DNA of 64,000 nt from Roseibacillus sp. (lineage in GTDB: Bacteria > Verrucomicrobiota > Verrucomicrobiia > Verrucomicrobiales > Akkermansiaceae), in assembly GCA_965242925.1 (NCBI GenBank), contig CBDEUM010000030.1, forward strand, positions 160,001 to 224,000. Direction: 5' to 3'. Both the position numbers and the translations under genes were made by a program. The notes beneath the pieces were generated by a model, which was given only the letters and a program-made list of their open reading frames with translations, had not been told where the DNA came from and ran no database searches. The first letter of the stretch is position 1; each line of letters opens with the position of its first letter. Below are positions 31,005 to 41,227 of the stretch, piece by piece.

Positions 31005-32348
31005 TTACCGCCTCGTGATTCCGCTTTCGCCGCCCCCACCCCTCTGCGCCAGGAAATAGATCACCAGTCCAACCACCAGAGTAGCAAGGCCCCAGAGAGT
31101 CTCCCCCGGTTTATCCCTGATGATGTAGACCACCATCCAGGCATTCACCGCCACGAAGAGAGCCGGGGTGAAGGGATAGCCCCAGGCCTTCACCGGGCGG
31201 GAGAGGTCCGGTTGCCGCACGCGCAACCAGAACACCCCTGCCACCGTCACCAGGGCAAAGAAAACGAGCAGAAGTTCAATGTAGACCAGGACCTGCTCGA
31301 AGGAACTGGTCAGGATCAGGACGAGCACCACCGCAGCCTGCAGGAAGATCGCGTTGGCAGGGATGCCCGAACGCGACTTCCGGGCAAGCACACTCAACCC
31401 ACGAAAGTCCTCTCCCATCCGCTGGGCCACCCGTGGTCCCACCCAGATCATGGCACTCAGTGCAGAGACCATCCCGAAACTGATCAGTCCCGCCATCACC
31501 CGGCCTCCCGTCTCACCCAGGACATGACCAGCTGCCACCTTGGCGACATCCATCTCACCCGCCATGCTTTCCATGGGAGCGCTGTAGAGAAAGGCCCCAT
31601 TGAGCAGGAGATAGAGCAGGGTCACGATGCCCGTCCCCACCAACAGGGCGCGCGGCACCGTCCGCTCCGGTTCCCGAACTTCATCGACGATGTAGGTTGC
31701 CGCGTTCCAGCCCGTGTAGGCATACATCACGAACACGAGGGCGATGGCGAATTCCGGGCTGAAGAGCAGTTTCAGGTCGCCCTTGCGGGGCAGGAAAGAA
31801 ACGTCCTGTCGCTCCCCCAGGAGGAAGCAGGCCAAAAGGAGGACCAGAATGAAGATCACCTTCAGGGCGGTGAAGACACTCTGGAAACGCGCTCCCAGCC
31901 CGATCGGTCTGAGATGAATGCCCGCCACTGCCAGCACCACGACTACCGACAGGATCCGTGGCCAGGTCTCTCCCCCGAGAGCCATCGCTCCGGAAAAATA
32001 GGTTCCGAAGGCCATCGCTCCCAGCGCAATGGGTGCTGCAAACCCCACCGTCACCGAGATCCATCCCGCCAGGAACCCCAGCGACGGATGGTAGACCTGG
32101 GAGAGCAGGTGATACTCGCCCCCCGAGCGCGGAAAGGCCGCCGCCAGCTCCCCGTAACACACCGCCCCGCACAGGGCGCACCCGCCACCCAGGGCCCAGA
32201 GAACCATCAACACGAATCCCGACTGAATGTCCACCAACTGGTATCCCAGGCTGGTGAAGACCCCGGTCCCCACCATGTTACCCACCACCACCGCGATGGC
32301 CGGCACCAGGGTGACCGGTCGCGATGAGGCGGACCCTCCCTCCGTCAT
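31005..32348 (-). CDS. APC-family amino acid permease
   Basis: GNMVGTGVF, YGELAAAFPRSGGEY, YAYTGWN; multiple TMs. Confidence 0.92.
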   Translation of the reverse strand: MTEGGSASSRPVTLVPAIAVVVGNMVGTGVFTSLGYQLVDIQSGFVLMVLWALGGGCALCGAVCYGELAAAFPRSGGEYHLLSQVYHPSLGFLAGWISVTVGFAAPIALGAMAFGTYFSGAMALGGETWPRILSVVVVLAVAGIHLRPIGLGARFQSVFTALKVIFILVLLLACFLLGERQDVSFLPRKGDLKLLFSPEFAIALVFVMYAYTGWNAATYIVDEVREPERTVPRALLVGTGIVTLLYLLLNGAFLYSAPMESMAGEMDVAKVAAGHVLGETGGRVMAGLISFGMVSALSAMIWVGPRVAQRMGEDFRGLSVLARKSRSGIPANAIFLQAAVVLVLILTSSFEQVLVYIELLLVFFALVTVAGVFWLRVRQPDLSRPVKAWGYPFTPALFVAVNAWMVVYIIRDKPGETLWGLATLVVGLVIYFLAQRGGGGESGITRR

Positions 32349-32515
32349 GCCCTCAACTTAAACACCGGACCCCACGTCGAAAGATCAATCTGGTCCGGAT
32401 TATTCCTGCCTGACCGTGAGAAGACCGTCCTCCTGCTGCCAAGCCGCTGGCGCGATCCTCCTGGGCCCGTGCGCTTGTCAGGAACGGAAAAATGGTGTCT
32501 AAGTGTGACACGCTC

Positions 32516-33727
32516 ATGAAGCCCGCCCCCGGTTCCCTGCTTTCCGCCGTCGTGGTCCTCTCCCTCGTCCTCGGCTTCAGTCTGATGGCCCAGCGGGATG
32601 GCGGAAAGTCCCCCGCCCCGGCGGGCCAGGCGGCCGGAAACGTTATTGTTCCTCCTCCCCTGGAAGATCTGGGGAAGGACTATAAGGTCAGGCTGGTCTA
32701 TTTTGTTCCCAGCGACCGCAAGGTGAAGCCCGGTTACCGGGAAAAGTGCGCAGTCCTCATGCGGGTCGTGTCCGACATTTTCCGGAGGGAAATGAAGGCC
32801 AACGGACACAGAACGCGGGGACTGGACTTTGAGTTCGCCCCGGATGGCCGCCTCCAGGTCCACCTCGTGAATGCCAGGCAACCCTCCGCCTTTTACACCG
32901 GAGAACCCTTTGATGTGGATCGTCTCCTGAACTCCCAGCAACAGGAAATCTGGGAAACCACCGGCTATTCCCGCAACCGGCCCACCCTCGTGTTTTCGGA
33001 GGCCGGAGCCGTGGCCGAAGCCAGGCCCGTCCCTCACGTCTATTCGGGTCTCGCCTGCGTGTCCGGCGACATTTTCCGCGACGAGGTCACCGCCTCCACC
33101 ATCGAGGAACAGCTGCGCTACTTCATGGACCCGACCCTGGTGACCAAGGTGGCGGGATCGGAAAAGCGCTCCCGGAACCAGGAATCACAGACCAGCAATG
33201 GCGTCCTCATCCACGAACTGGGCCACATCTTCGGGATGCTGCACGACACCCGTGATCCCCGCAACATCATGATGCGCGGATACGATCATCTCGGACAGAT
33301 GTTCGACCGCAAGACCGCGCCCAGTCGCCCGGTCCGCTTCTCCCCGGCCCACGCTCGAATGGCCGCCGTCAGCCGCTTCTTCAGCGAATCCTTCGACAAG
33401 AGAGACACCAAGGCCCCTGAGATCCACGAATTCAAGGTCGCCAGTCCCCCGCAGGCCGGTGAGAAGACCGTCAAACTCTCCCTCAGCATGAGCGATGACA
33501 AGGGACTGGGACCCCTCGTTGTTCTCCAGCGGGGCGGCGGACAGATCGACGCCCTCGTGAAGGACCTCTCGCTGAAGGGAGCGAGAAAGCGGTCCGGGAT
33601 CCTGACTGCCACAGCTCCCCGGCCCCTGGTGGCCGGACAACCCTTGATCTTCATCGTGAACCTCTTTGATGTGAATGGGAACCTGAGCCAGGCTGTCATC
33701 AACTCACAGGTGACGGCCAAGGAGTGA
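32516..33727 (+). CDS. Secreted zinc metallopeptidase (metzincin-like)
   Basis: Signal peptide; HELGHIFGMLHD followed by Met-turn NIM. Confidence 0.8.
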   Translation: MKPAPGSLLSAVVVLSLVLGFSLMAQRDGGKSPAPAGQAAGNVIVPPPLEDLGKDYKVRLVYFVPSDRKVKPGYREKCAVLMRVVSDIFRREMKANGHRTRGLDFEFAPDGRLQVHLVNARQPSAFYTGEPFDVDRLLNSQQQEIWETTGYSRNRPTLVFSEAGAVAEARPVPHVYSGLACVSGDIFRDEVTASTIEEQLRYFMDPTLVTKVAGSEKRSRNQESQTSNGVLIHELGHIFGMLHDTRDPRNIMMRGYDHLGQMFDRKTAPSRPVRFSPAHARMAAVSRFFSESFDKRDTKAPEIHEFKVASPPQAGEKTVKLSLSMSDDKGLGPLVVLQRGGGQIDALVKDLSLKGARKRSGILTATAPRPLVAGQPLIFIVNLFDVNGNLSQAVINSQVTAKE

Positions 33728-33977
33728 GAACTACGCCATCAGCTCTCGCAAGAGCTGTGCCCGGCTGACTCTCCATTTCTCCCAGTGCTCAAATTCAGAA
33801 ATCGGAGTGGACGAACTGCGGGAAACTCTCTTAGACGAGGCCGGGGACAGCGCTAGCCAGTTCAACGCTCTACGGGCCAAATTCGCACTCTCAGCGCCGA
33901 GGAACGCCGCACCCTGCTTCGCAACCGCCGAAATCGAGAGCTCCGATTGCGTCACTTTCCTTGTGCTCCAGGCCTTT
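33722..33977 (+). pseudogene. Decayed fragment of a tyrosine integrase homologous to 39214..40443
   Basis: Aligns by eye with ~39582-39930 (GAGAACTACGCCATCAGC..., GCCAGTTCAA, ATTCGCACTCTC, GATTGCGTCA, CTCCAGGCCTTT), with substitutions and a ~95-bp internal deletion. Confidence 0.9.
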
Positions 33978-34396
33978 CCTGATCACAAAAACATTTATTT
34001 GCCTGCGCGGACGCCAGATTGAAATCTCCGAATGATGATCAGAACCCTACGCGAGCGCGGACAGCACACCAATAACATGGAGAGGCTTCCTTTCTCTCAA
34101 CTGGCTGCCCGAATGCTAGGGCATGGAAACCTCGATCCGGTAGAACGATCATCGCAAGTCCCGGCCATTGCGGGCAAACGAGGTGAACCCCGTGCGGAGA
34201 TTCTGGAGTCAACACGGCGCGACCACTGCTTAAACTGTGGGGATTGAATCATCTGGGTTGCCGTTCTCTGCTGGTTCAGCGATCGCAAAAATCGTGCTGG
34301 CCTTGGGCAAATGAAGGTGATCTTCCCCAATTCATAGGGATGCGTCCCACCTTGATGTCTTGTTGGGGACAGAGTGGCACGGTAGAGTGGTGCCGC

Positions 34397-36739
34397 TTGA
34401 TTGATCCACCTGCTCATCTTCGATCTCTCACAATTCCCCTGCTGTCGATTGGAGTCTTACTCGGCGGATGGGTGACCGCGGCCCCCGATTTCGAGAAGGA
34501 GGTCAGGCCGGTCTTGCAGCAGTATTGCTTCAGTTGTCACGGTCCCGAAAAACAAAAGGGCAAGTTCCGTCTCGATACTTTGTCACCAGACCTTGTGAAA
34601 GAGCGGCGTGCAGCAGAGCATTGGCACGAAGTGCGGATCGCTCTCAATTTGGCAGAAATGCCGCCGAAAGAGAAACCTGCGCCCAACGATGCGGAGCGAA
34701 GAATAGTCTTGGCGTGGCTCGATGATGCGATCGCAAAAGCGAACGAAACGTTCCGCTCGACAGGAGGCCGCGTGGTGATGCGCCGGCTTAACAATGCAGA
34801 GTATCAGAACACGATGCGGGATCTCTTTGGCCTCGATGTGACCTATGCCCGCGATCTTCCGCCCGACGCTGTGTCACCGGAGGGGATGCGCAATAATGGC
34901 AGCGCGCTTCAAATGTCCGGATTGCAGTTCGATTACTATCTCAAGGCTGCCCGGGAGGCTCTCGATCGGGCCATTGTCACCGATTCGGCCCCGGAAGTCT
35001 TTGAGCACAGCTTTGAAAAGTCGACAGAAGAGCGTTGGATTGACGGGGTCCAGCCCTCCAACAGTATTGGCGACAAGCGCGAATTTCTCGTGCGAATCAA
35101 AGATCAGTATCCCGACCAGGGAGCTTTCCGAATCCGCATCCGCGCCAAAACGGTTATCGCGGAAGAAAAGAACGCGGTGCCCTACATGAAGGTGCATGTC
35201 GGTTACCGTCCGGACACCCTGGTGGATCGAGAGCTTCTCGGGGCACGGGTGCTCACTAACGAGGAGGCGCAGGACTTTGAGTTCGTCGGACAACTGGAGA
35301 ACTTTCCTCTGCCAGTTCGGAAACAGGGGAAGTTTCCCGGGTTGGTGATCTCGGTGACCAATGAGGGGGCCAATGTCGGGATCGAGTCGCTGGAATTCAA
35401 AGCTCCACTCTTCGATGCCTGGCCGCCGGAACATCATACGCGTATTCTCCACGACTCCGAGCTGAGAAAGACTGATGAGGGAGCATACGGTCGGGAGGTG
35501 ATTGCCCGGTTTTTGGCAAGGGCCTGGCGTCAGCCCGTGACCGAGAAGGAAATCGACCGCTTTCACAGGTTTTTCGGAAAAATACGGCCGGAAATGGCGA
35601 CCTTTGAAGAGGCCCTCAAGGAGTCCCTGGCAATGGCTCTGGTGTCCCCGGCATTTCTTTACATTTTGGAACCGGATTCTGCGAGCGCTAGAAATCTCAA
35701 TCCCTACGAACTGGCCTCTCGCCTGAGCTATTTCCTGTGGAGCACGATGCCGGATGCAGATCTGTTAGACGCGGCACGCATCGGAACATTGGGTCGGCAT
35801 GACGGCTTGAAGGGCCAGGTGAACCGCATGATCGCCGATTCCAGATGCGATCGCTTCATCGACCAATTCACCTCGCAGTGGCTGGATCTGGAAGCAGGTG
35901 ATCGCCTCGTGATCGATCAGAAAGCCTATCCCGGATTTCGACCCAGTCTGAAGGAGGAGATGCGGCTAGAGACGCAACACTTCTTTGGGGAGCTTCTGCG
36001 AAAGAATCTCAGTGCGCGTAATTTCCTTCAGTCCGATTTCGCGATGTTAAACGATCGAATGGCCCGGCACTATGGCATTGAGGGGGTGCGCGGGCGCAAC
36101 TTCCGGCGAGTGGCCCTCACGGGGGAGCGTGCGATGCGTCGCGGCGGCCTGTTGACGCACGCATCAATTCTATTAGGAACCTCTACCGGCGTGGATGCCC
36201 ATCTCATCAAGCGCGGAGTCTTTGTGCGGAAGCGCCTCTTGGGTGATCCCCCGGCGCCCCCGCCTCCGAATGTTCCGGAGTTGGAAACGGCGGACGAGGA
36301 GTTCGGCAGACTGCCCGTTCGCGAGCAATTGGAGAGGCATCTAAAGGACGCTGCTTGTGCGGACTGTCATCGAGGCATCGATCCCTGGGGTTACGCCCTG
36401 CAGGAGTTCGATGCGGTGGGAAAGTGGAGGAAAGAAGTGGTGCGACCGAATAACGGCAAGGACGGGGTTCCCTTGCCGGTGGATGCACGGGCGCAACTTC
36501 CCGACGGCCGAGAGGTCAATGGAATTCACGAATTAAGGGGCTACTTGCTGGAGCACCGGGAGGAACAATTTGCTCGCGCCCTTGTTTCCAAGTTGCTCAC
36601 CTATGCCCTCGGTCGCAGCTTGAAATTCTCTGATCAAAGCGTTATAGACATCCTGACCAAGGACTTTCTCAAGAATGACCTCCGACTAGCGGATTTAGTG
36701 GAAAGCATCGCTGTCAGTGTAATGTTTCAAACCAAGTAG
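34397..36739 (+). CDS. Planctomycete-type cytochrome c / DUF1587-1592-1588-1585 (PSD) domain protein
   Basis: CFSCH and CADCH heme motifs; RRLNNAEYQNT, ELASRLSYFLW, RGGLLT and KLLTYALGR motifs. Start uncertain (the ORF opens at 34244). Confidence 0.9.
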   Translation: MIDPPAHLRSLTIPLLSIGVLLGGWVTAAPDFEKEVRPVLQQYCFSCHGPEKQKGKFRLDTLSPDLVKERRAAEHWHEVRIALNLAEMPPKEKPAPNDAERRIVLAWLDDAIAKANETFRSTGGRVVMRRLNNAEYQNTMRDLFGLDVTYARDLPPDAVSPEGMRNNGSALQMSGLQFDYYLKAAREALDRAIVTDSAPEVFEHSFEKSTEERWIDGVQPSNSIGDKREFLVRIKDQYPDQGAFRIRIRAKTVIAEEKNAVPYMKVHVGYRPDTLVDRELLGARVLTNEEAQDFEFVGQLENFPLPVRKQGKFPGLVISVTNEGANVGIESLEFKAPLFDAWPPEHHTRILHDSELRKTDEGAYGREVIARFLARAWRQPVTEKEIDRFHRFFGKIRPEMATFEEALKESLAMALVSPAFLYILEPDSASARNLNPYELASRLSYFLWSTMPDADLLDAARIGTLGRHDGLKGQVNRMIADSRCDRFIDQFTSQWLDLEAGDRLVIDQKAYPGFRPSLKEEMRLETQHFFGELLRKNLSARNFLQSDFAMLNDRMARHYGIEGVRGRNFRRVALTGERAMRRGGLLTHASILLGTSTGVDAHLIKRGVFVRKRLLGDPPAPPPPNVPELETADEEFGRLPVREQLERHLKDAACADCHRGIDPWGYALQEFDAVGKWRKEVVRPNNGKDGVPLPVDARAQLPDGREVNGIHELRGYLLEHREEQFARALVSKLLTYALGRSLKFSDQSVIDILTKDFLKNDLRLADLVESIAVSVMFQTK

Positions 36740-36760
36740 CCGTATCGTCCTGAGCCTATC

Positions 36761-38110
36761 ATGTCTTCCTCCCGACCTTGGCAACTGAATCGACGCACCT
36801 TCTTGCGTGGCGCGGGAGCCGCCTTGGCCTTGCCCACCTTGGAATGCATGGGAGCGCGGGCGCCAAAGGATGAGCCTCGTCGTCTGGCCGCGATCTATTT
36901 CCCCTTCGGAGTGTCGATGCCGCCTGGGGACAGCGGGAAGACGGAGTGGAGCTGGTTCCCCCAGACCGAAGGAGCCGACTACCTGTTCACACAGGCTCTC
37001 AAGCCGCTTGAGGCGCTGCGGAAGGACATCTCCATCCTTGGAGGACTTTCCCATCCTGAAGTGCGCAAGATCGGAGGACACGACAGCGGCGACACCTTTT
37101 TGACAGGGTGCGATCTCATCGGGCGCGATCTGCTCAACGTGCAGTCGATGGATCAGATCGCAGCGGAACAACTTTCCGATCAAACGCGCTTCTCCTCGCT
37201 CGTGATGTCGACGGACGGCGGAGTCGGTGAGCCCACCCGTTCGAGTACGCTTTCTTACAATCAGCACGGGCGGCCAATTCCTGCGCTCAATCAGCCACGT
37301 CAAATCTTTGAACGGTTCTTCGGAGCGGGCGATGACGCGACTCAACGGGGACGCCGACGCTTGCGCAGCGCGGCACACATGCTGGATCTGGTTCTGGAGG
37401 ATGCCAGCGAGGTGCGGCGCAAGCTTGGCAAAAACGACCGGGAAAAACTCGATGAGTATCTTGATTCAGTTCGCGATGTCGAAAAAAGAGTGGAGCGGTC
37501 TCAGGCATGGATGGACCTTCCCGGGCCGGAGTTGACCGACGCCGATCGGGAGCGCCTCAAATTGGATTCCGATTCCAAGGTGCCGGAGGATTACGTCGCA
37601 ACCATGTACGAGCTGATCTACCTGGCTTTCCGCACCGATTCGACGCGGGTGGCCACCTATCAGATCGGAAGCATGGGCGATGCCACCTCGCTGAGTGGCA
37701 AGTTCCCGCAATTGTTGGGTTTGGGCCCCAACCTGCATAGTCTCTGCCATGGTTGGAATAAGCCGGAAGGAATCGAGCCTCTGGGCAGGTGGGATCAGTT
37801 CCTCAGCCGCAAATTCGCGGAGTTCCTTACCCGGATGAAGGAAACACCGGCCAATGCCGAGGGCACCCTCAGCCTTCTCGACCAGACGTCGATCCTTTAC
37901 GGTAGCAGCAACAGCACTACCCACACGAACCTGAATTACCCGTTAGTGCTGGCCGGGGGAAAAGGGCTTGGCTTCCAACATGGATCGTATCACCGCTTCG
38001 ACCAATCGACACCCCTGGCAAACTTGCAGTTCACCATGTTGAAGCAGGCGGGCATTTCGGTGGAGTCCTTTGCAGGCAGTAACGGCCTGATGCAAGAGGT
38101 GCTCGGATAG
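36761..38110 (+). CDS. DUF1552 domain protein, Tat-exported
   Basis: NRRTFLRGAG Tat signal, LALPTLECM, SMDQIAA, KLDEYLDSVR and FRTDSTRVAT motifs; usual partner of the DUF1592 protein. Confidence 0.9.
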   Translation: MSSSRPWQLNRRTFLRGAGAALALPTLECMGARAPKDEPRRLAAIYFPFGVSMPPGDSGKTEWSWFPQTEGADYLFTQALKPLEALRKDISILGGLSHPEVRKIGGHDSGDTFLTGCDLIGRDLLNVQSMDQIAAEQLSDQTRFSSLVMSTDGGVGEPTRSSTLSYNQHGRPIPALNQPRQIFERFFGAGDDATQRGRRRLRSAAHMLDLVLEDASEVRRKLGKNDREKLDEYLDSVRDVEKRVERSQAWMDLPGPELTDADRERLKLDSDSKVPEDYVATMYELIYLAFRTDSTRVATYQIGSMGDATSLSGKFPQLLGLGPNLHSLCHGWNKPEGIEPLGRWDQFLSRKFAEFLTRMKETPANAEGTLSLLDQTSILYGSSNSTTHTNLNYPLVLAGGKGLGFQHGSYHRFDQSTPLANLQFTMLKQAGISVESFAGSNGLMQEVLG

Positions 38111-38317
38111 CCAGTAGTTCCGGTTGCGATGTGACGAGACCTGACCCGGTCGAGCGCTAACTCACCATCACCCCGCCACCGCTGGCTCTCTGATGTCCTT
38201 GCGACTCCTGCCAGTCAAGGGAGCACCGTTTCGACAAGCCGCCGCCCAATGACGTTTCCAGCACCGGGCCACCCCCTGCCCAGTGCCCGGGAAGCCTGTG
38301 CCAAGGGTCCGGGGATT

Positions 38318-38911
38318 TTAACGGTCGCGCGAATCACGCCCTTCTGGCCGTCCCCCGCGTCCTCGGCGGCCCCGGTCACCGAAACTTTTCATCCGCTCGC
38401 TCAGTGCCTCGATCATGGCGGCCTGTTCCGCATCGTCGAGTTGGCCGTCCCCATTGGTATCAACCTCGTCGAAACCACCGGAGAAGGGACCGGAAACTTC
38501 CTCCTTGGAAAGGAGGCCATCCCCATTCGTATCCCGTTCCTTCATGCGCGCGCTGATCTGCTCCGTGATACGGGCGAATCGTTCAGCCCGCTCCTCAGAC
38601 TCTCGTTCTTCCCGCCGCTCCGCTCGTTCCTCGGCGCTCCGGGGCAACGGAATCGACGGGTCCAGCTTGACGACGGGCTTGGGGGCTGCCGGAGGGGCCT
38701 CAGCCTCGGGAACAGCAGGATCTGGCGCCGGAATGGATCGTTCTGACGTTTCACCCCGGGGGGAAGATTTCCTGTTTCCTTCGGTCCGCGGGCGGGGAGG
38801 CCGATCCGAATTGAGGCTTTCCGAGTTTGCCGCAGCTTCGTCATCGCCGCAGGAAGTCAGCACGAATGCCCCGAAAACCATCGTCGAAAGAAAGACGTAA
38901 AACAGTTTCAT
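38318..38911 (-). CDS. EF-hand domain lipoprotein
   Basis: Lipobox LTSC; DTNGDGLLSKEE and DTNGDGQLDDAE. Confidence 0.8.
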   Translation of the reverse strand: MKLFYVFLSTMVFGAFVLTSCGDDEAAANSESLNSDRPPRPRTEGNRKSSPRGETSERSIPAPDPAVPEAEAPPAAPKPVVKLDPSIPLPRSAEERAERREERESEERAERFARITEQISARMKERDTNGDGLLSKEEVSGPFSGGFDEVDTNGDGQLDDAEQAAMIEALSERMKSFGDRGRRGRGGRPEGRDSRDR

Positions 38912-38966
38912 AAGGCAACCTTGCTACTGCAGCGCCTCACTGCCGTCAATAAGTGAACCCGCAAAT

Positions 38967-39042
38967 CCCCGGATTATCGTAACCCGTTGAGCGCCAGTGG
39001 AGCCAATGGTCGGATTTGAACCGACGACCTGATCATTACGAA
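38967..39042. repeat. att site (left copy): 3' part of tRNA-Thr plus 31 bp of flank
   Basis: Identical to 48034-48109 except for one mismatch (38976 A vs 48043 C). Confidence 0.95.
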
Positions 39043-39126
39043 ACCAACGGGCTATTGGTAACTCATTAAGTGTCAACGCTTATTGCGGACGGTTTTTTGC
39101 GGTTTCCGGCGTTTCTTGTTGAATCT

Positions 39127-39146
39127 TTGGGCACCATTGGGCACCA
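39127..39146. promoter_or_regulatory. Putative integrase arm-type binding sites (TTGGGCACCA x2)
   Basis: Tandem decamer just inside the left att; the same motif pair occurs at 47996-48016. Confidence 0.6.
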
Positions 39147-39213
39147 AGGGAGGGTTAATCCGCAGCTCTCAACGGCGCCGTAAAGCCACCAAAAAACAAC
39201 ATTCTGACAGGCC

Positions 39214-40443
39214 ATGGCCCGTTACCCGCAATTCCAAGTCAAGCGCGTCCCTGGCAAGAGCACTCGCCGCTGGCAACTCACCATTCCAGCCACCCAGAGT
39301 GAAACCAGACAACGCCGCCGCCTCTATTTCAAGACCCGCGAAAAGGCGATGGCGGAGCGGGACCGGCGCCGGGCCGAGAAAGAGCAATTTGGTCGCCGGG
39401 CCCTCCACTGCGACCCGGGGCTGCGGGCCGAGGCGCTGAAGGCCACGGAGATACTCAAACCCCTCGGAGCCACCATTACCGAGGCGGTGCGGGAGTTCGT
39501 CGAGCGCAGGGAGCGGGCCAATGCCTCGCGGCCCTTCGGAGAGCTCTTCGCCGAGATTGCCGAGCAAAAGCAGCTCACCCGAAGCGAGAACTACGCCATC
39601 AGCTTCCGCAAGAGCTGCGCCCGGCTAACTCCCCATTTCTCCCAGCGCCCGATTTCAGAAATCACGGCGGACGAACTTCGGGATGCTCTCTCCCGGGAGG
39701 CCGGTAATAGCGCCAGCCAGTTCAATGCCCTGCGAGCCCATGCTTCTGTGGTCTGGGGGGTGGCAGCAAAACGCGGATGGGCCCCAAAGAACCTGACAGG
39801 CGCGGTCGATAAAATGGAGCGCAGGGCTGCCCCTATTCGCACTCTCACCGTCGAGGAACTGCGCACCCTGCTTGCAACCGCGGAAATAGAGAGCCCTGAT
39901 TGCGTCATTCCCATCGCCCTCCAGGCCTTTGCAGGCGTTCGAACCGAGGAATTGCGGCGTCTGCGCTGGGACTGCCTGGACTTGGAGGAGGGCGAAATGG
40001 CCCTCGACGAATCCATCACGAAAACAAACCACTACCGGGTCGTTTCGCTCCAGCCCAACCTTCTCGCCTGGATCAGGCGCTACGCCCCTGCCAAAGCCCA
40101 CCGTTGGGGGCCGCTTATCCCTGCTGACTGGAAGCGCAAGGCCACTCGCATTCGCAACCGGGCGGGTTGGGCCGTGGTCGATCTCAAAACTAAGGACAGC
40201 GCCGCTGCCCAGCCACCCGCAGAGGCACCTGCATGGCCTACCAATGCCCTAAGGAAGTCTTTTGGTTCAGCCCACCTGAAGGCCTTCGGCAGTCTGGATA
40301 CTACTATCACAGAGATGGGACATCATGGTGATCCACGTACGTTCTGGCGATTCTATCACAGGGGATATTCAAGACGGGAAGCCCTCGCCTACTGGCAAAG
40401 CGGACCAGGGGGCGAGGAGATCAAGTTCACGGTGGCGGCATGA
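39214..40443 (+). CDS. Tyrosine recombinase / phage-type integrase
   Basis: Catalytic pattern GVRTEE (R), TKT (K), NALRKSF (xxxR), MGH, RFY (Y); adjacent to att. Confidence 0.93.
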   Translation: MARYPQFQVKRVPGKSTRRWQLTIPATQSETRQRRRLYFKTREKAMAERDRRRAEKEQFGRRALHCDPGLRAEALKATEILKPLGATITEAVREFVERRERANASRPFGELFAEIAEQKQLTRSENYAISFRKSCARLTPHFSQRPISEITADELRDALSREAGNSASQFNALRAHASVVWGVAAKRGWAPKNLTGAVDKMERRAAPIRTLTVEELRTLLATAEIESPDCVIPIALQAFAGVRTEELRRLRWDCLDLEEGEMALDESITKTNHYRVVSLQPNLLAWIRRYAPAKAHRWGPLIPADWKRKATRIRNRAGWAVVDLKTKDSAAAQPPAEAPAWPTNALRKSFGSAHLKAFGSLDTTITEMGHHGDPRTFWRFYHRGYSRREALAYWQSGPGGEEIKFTVAA

Positions 40444-40952
40444 ATGAGGCAGATGAGGGAAAGCGACCGTCTATCGCCGATCTGCACGACTTGCTTTGTC
40501 ACTACGGCGGACGCGTAGTCCTTCATCATGAGAGCGGGACACCATGGACTTTCGCGGCCCCCCGCGGCGAGATGCAGGAGGCAGTGAATCGCTATCTGGG
40601 CTCCCAGAAAGATTCGCCGGACCAGGAGGCAGCAGCAAGGGATCTCGGACGTTGGGTTGAGCTGATACTTTTGGAAGGAAAGGAGAACGCGCGATCGGAA
40701 CTTTGCTATCTTGCATTACGCCTCGGAAAAGACGTTGAGAAAGGGCCAACCAAACAAGCCGAAGTCGTTGGCAAGGTCATGGAATTCGTGTGGGACCGAC
40801 GGGAGAAGGAGCTTTCCACAGGAGCGTTAACGGCCGCGTTGCCACACATTGGGGAAAGCACCATCCGAGAGGTCCTCGCAGAGATTGGGAAGCGAGGAAT
40901 CCTCACAATCGACGACCGTGAGAAGTGGGGAAAGGGATCTCCAGAAAAATAA
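40440..40952 (+). CDS. Hypothetical protein, possible C-terminal winged helix
   Basis: ATGA overlap with the integrase stop; C-terminal LSTGALTAALPHIGESTIREVL resembles an HTH. Confidence 0.6.
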   Translation: MNEADEGKRPSIADLHDLLCHYGGRVVLHHESGTPWTFAAPRGEMQEAVNRYLGSQKDSPDQEAAARDLGRWVELILLEGKENARSELCYLALRLGKDVEKGPTKQAEVVGKVMEFVWDRREKELSTGALTAALPHIGESTIREVLAEIGKRGILTIDDREKWGKGSPEK

Positions 40953-41005
40953 AAAAGTTCCGGAGATAGGTGCACCCCGGAGGGAATCGAATAAGACCCC
41001 TGGGA

Positions 41006-41227
41006 ATGGCTACAAATGAAACTACACCGAAGGCCGTCGGTCCGGAAGAGGTGGCGATCTTTCTATCGCTGTTCCTCCCTGACGGAAGACCGAACCGCGA
41101 AAAGGTTCTCAAACTCGTGCGACAGGGGAAAATTCCCTGCGTACGATTTTCCAACAAGGTGATCCGCTTCTATCTCGATGAAGTGGAAGCGGCCACCCGC
41201 GGCAGAAAGGAGGAGGCGCGTGGGTAA
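41006..41227 (+). CDS. Excisionase/AlpA-like small HTH DNA-binding protein
   Basis: KVLKLVRQGKIPCVRFSNKVIRFYLDEVEA, typical of the HTH_17/Xis fold. Confidence 0.75.
   Translation: MATNETTPKAVGPEEVAIFLSLFLPDGRPNREKVLKLVRQGKIPCVRFSNKVIRFYLDEVEAATRGRKEEARG

Noticed and set aside
38159..38180. Short match (AACTCACCAT) to the integrase 5' region
   Set aside because: Too short to distinguish from chance.
38998..39042. Second tRNA-Thr gene
   Set aside because: Only the 3' 45 nt are present; the D-arm and 5' acceptor strand are missing, so it is an att copy.
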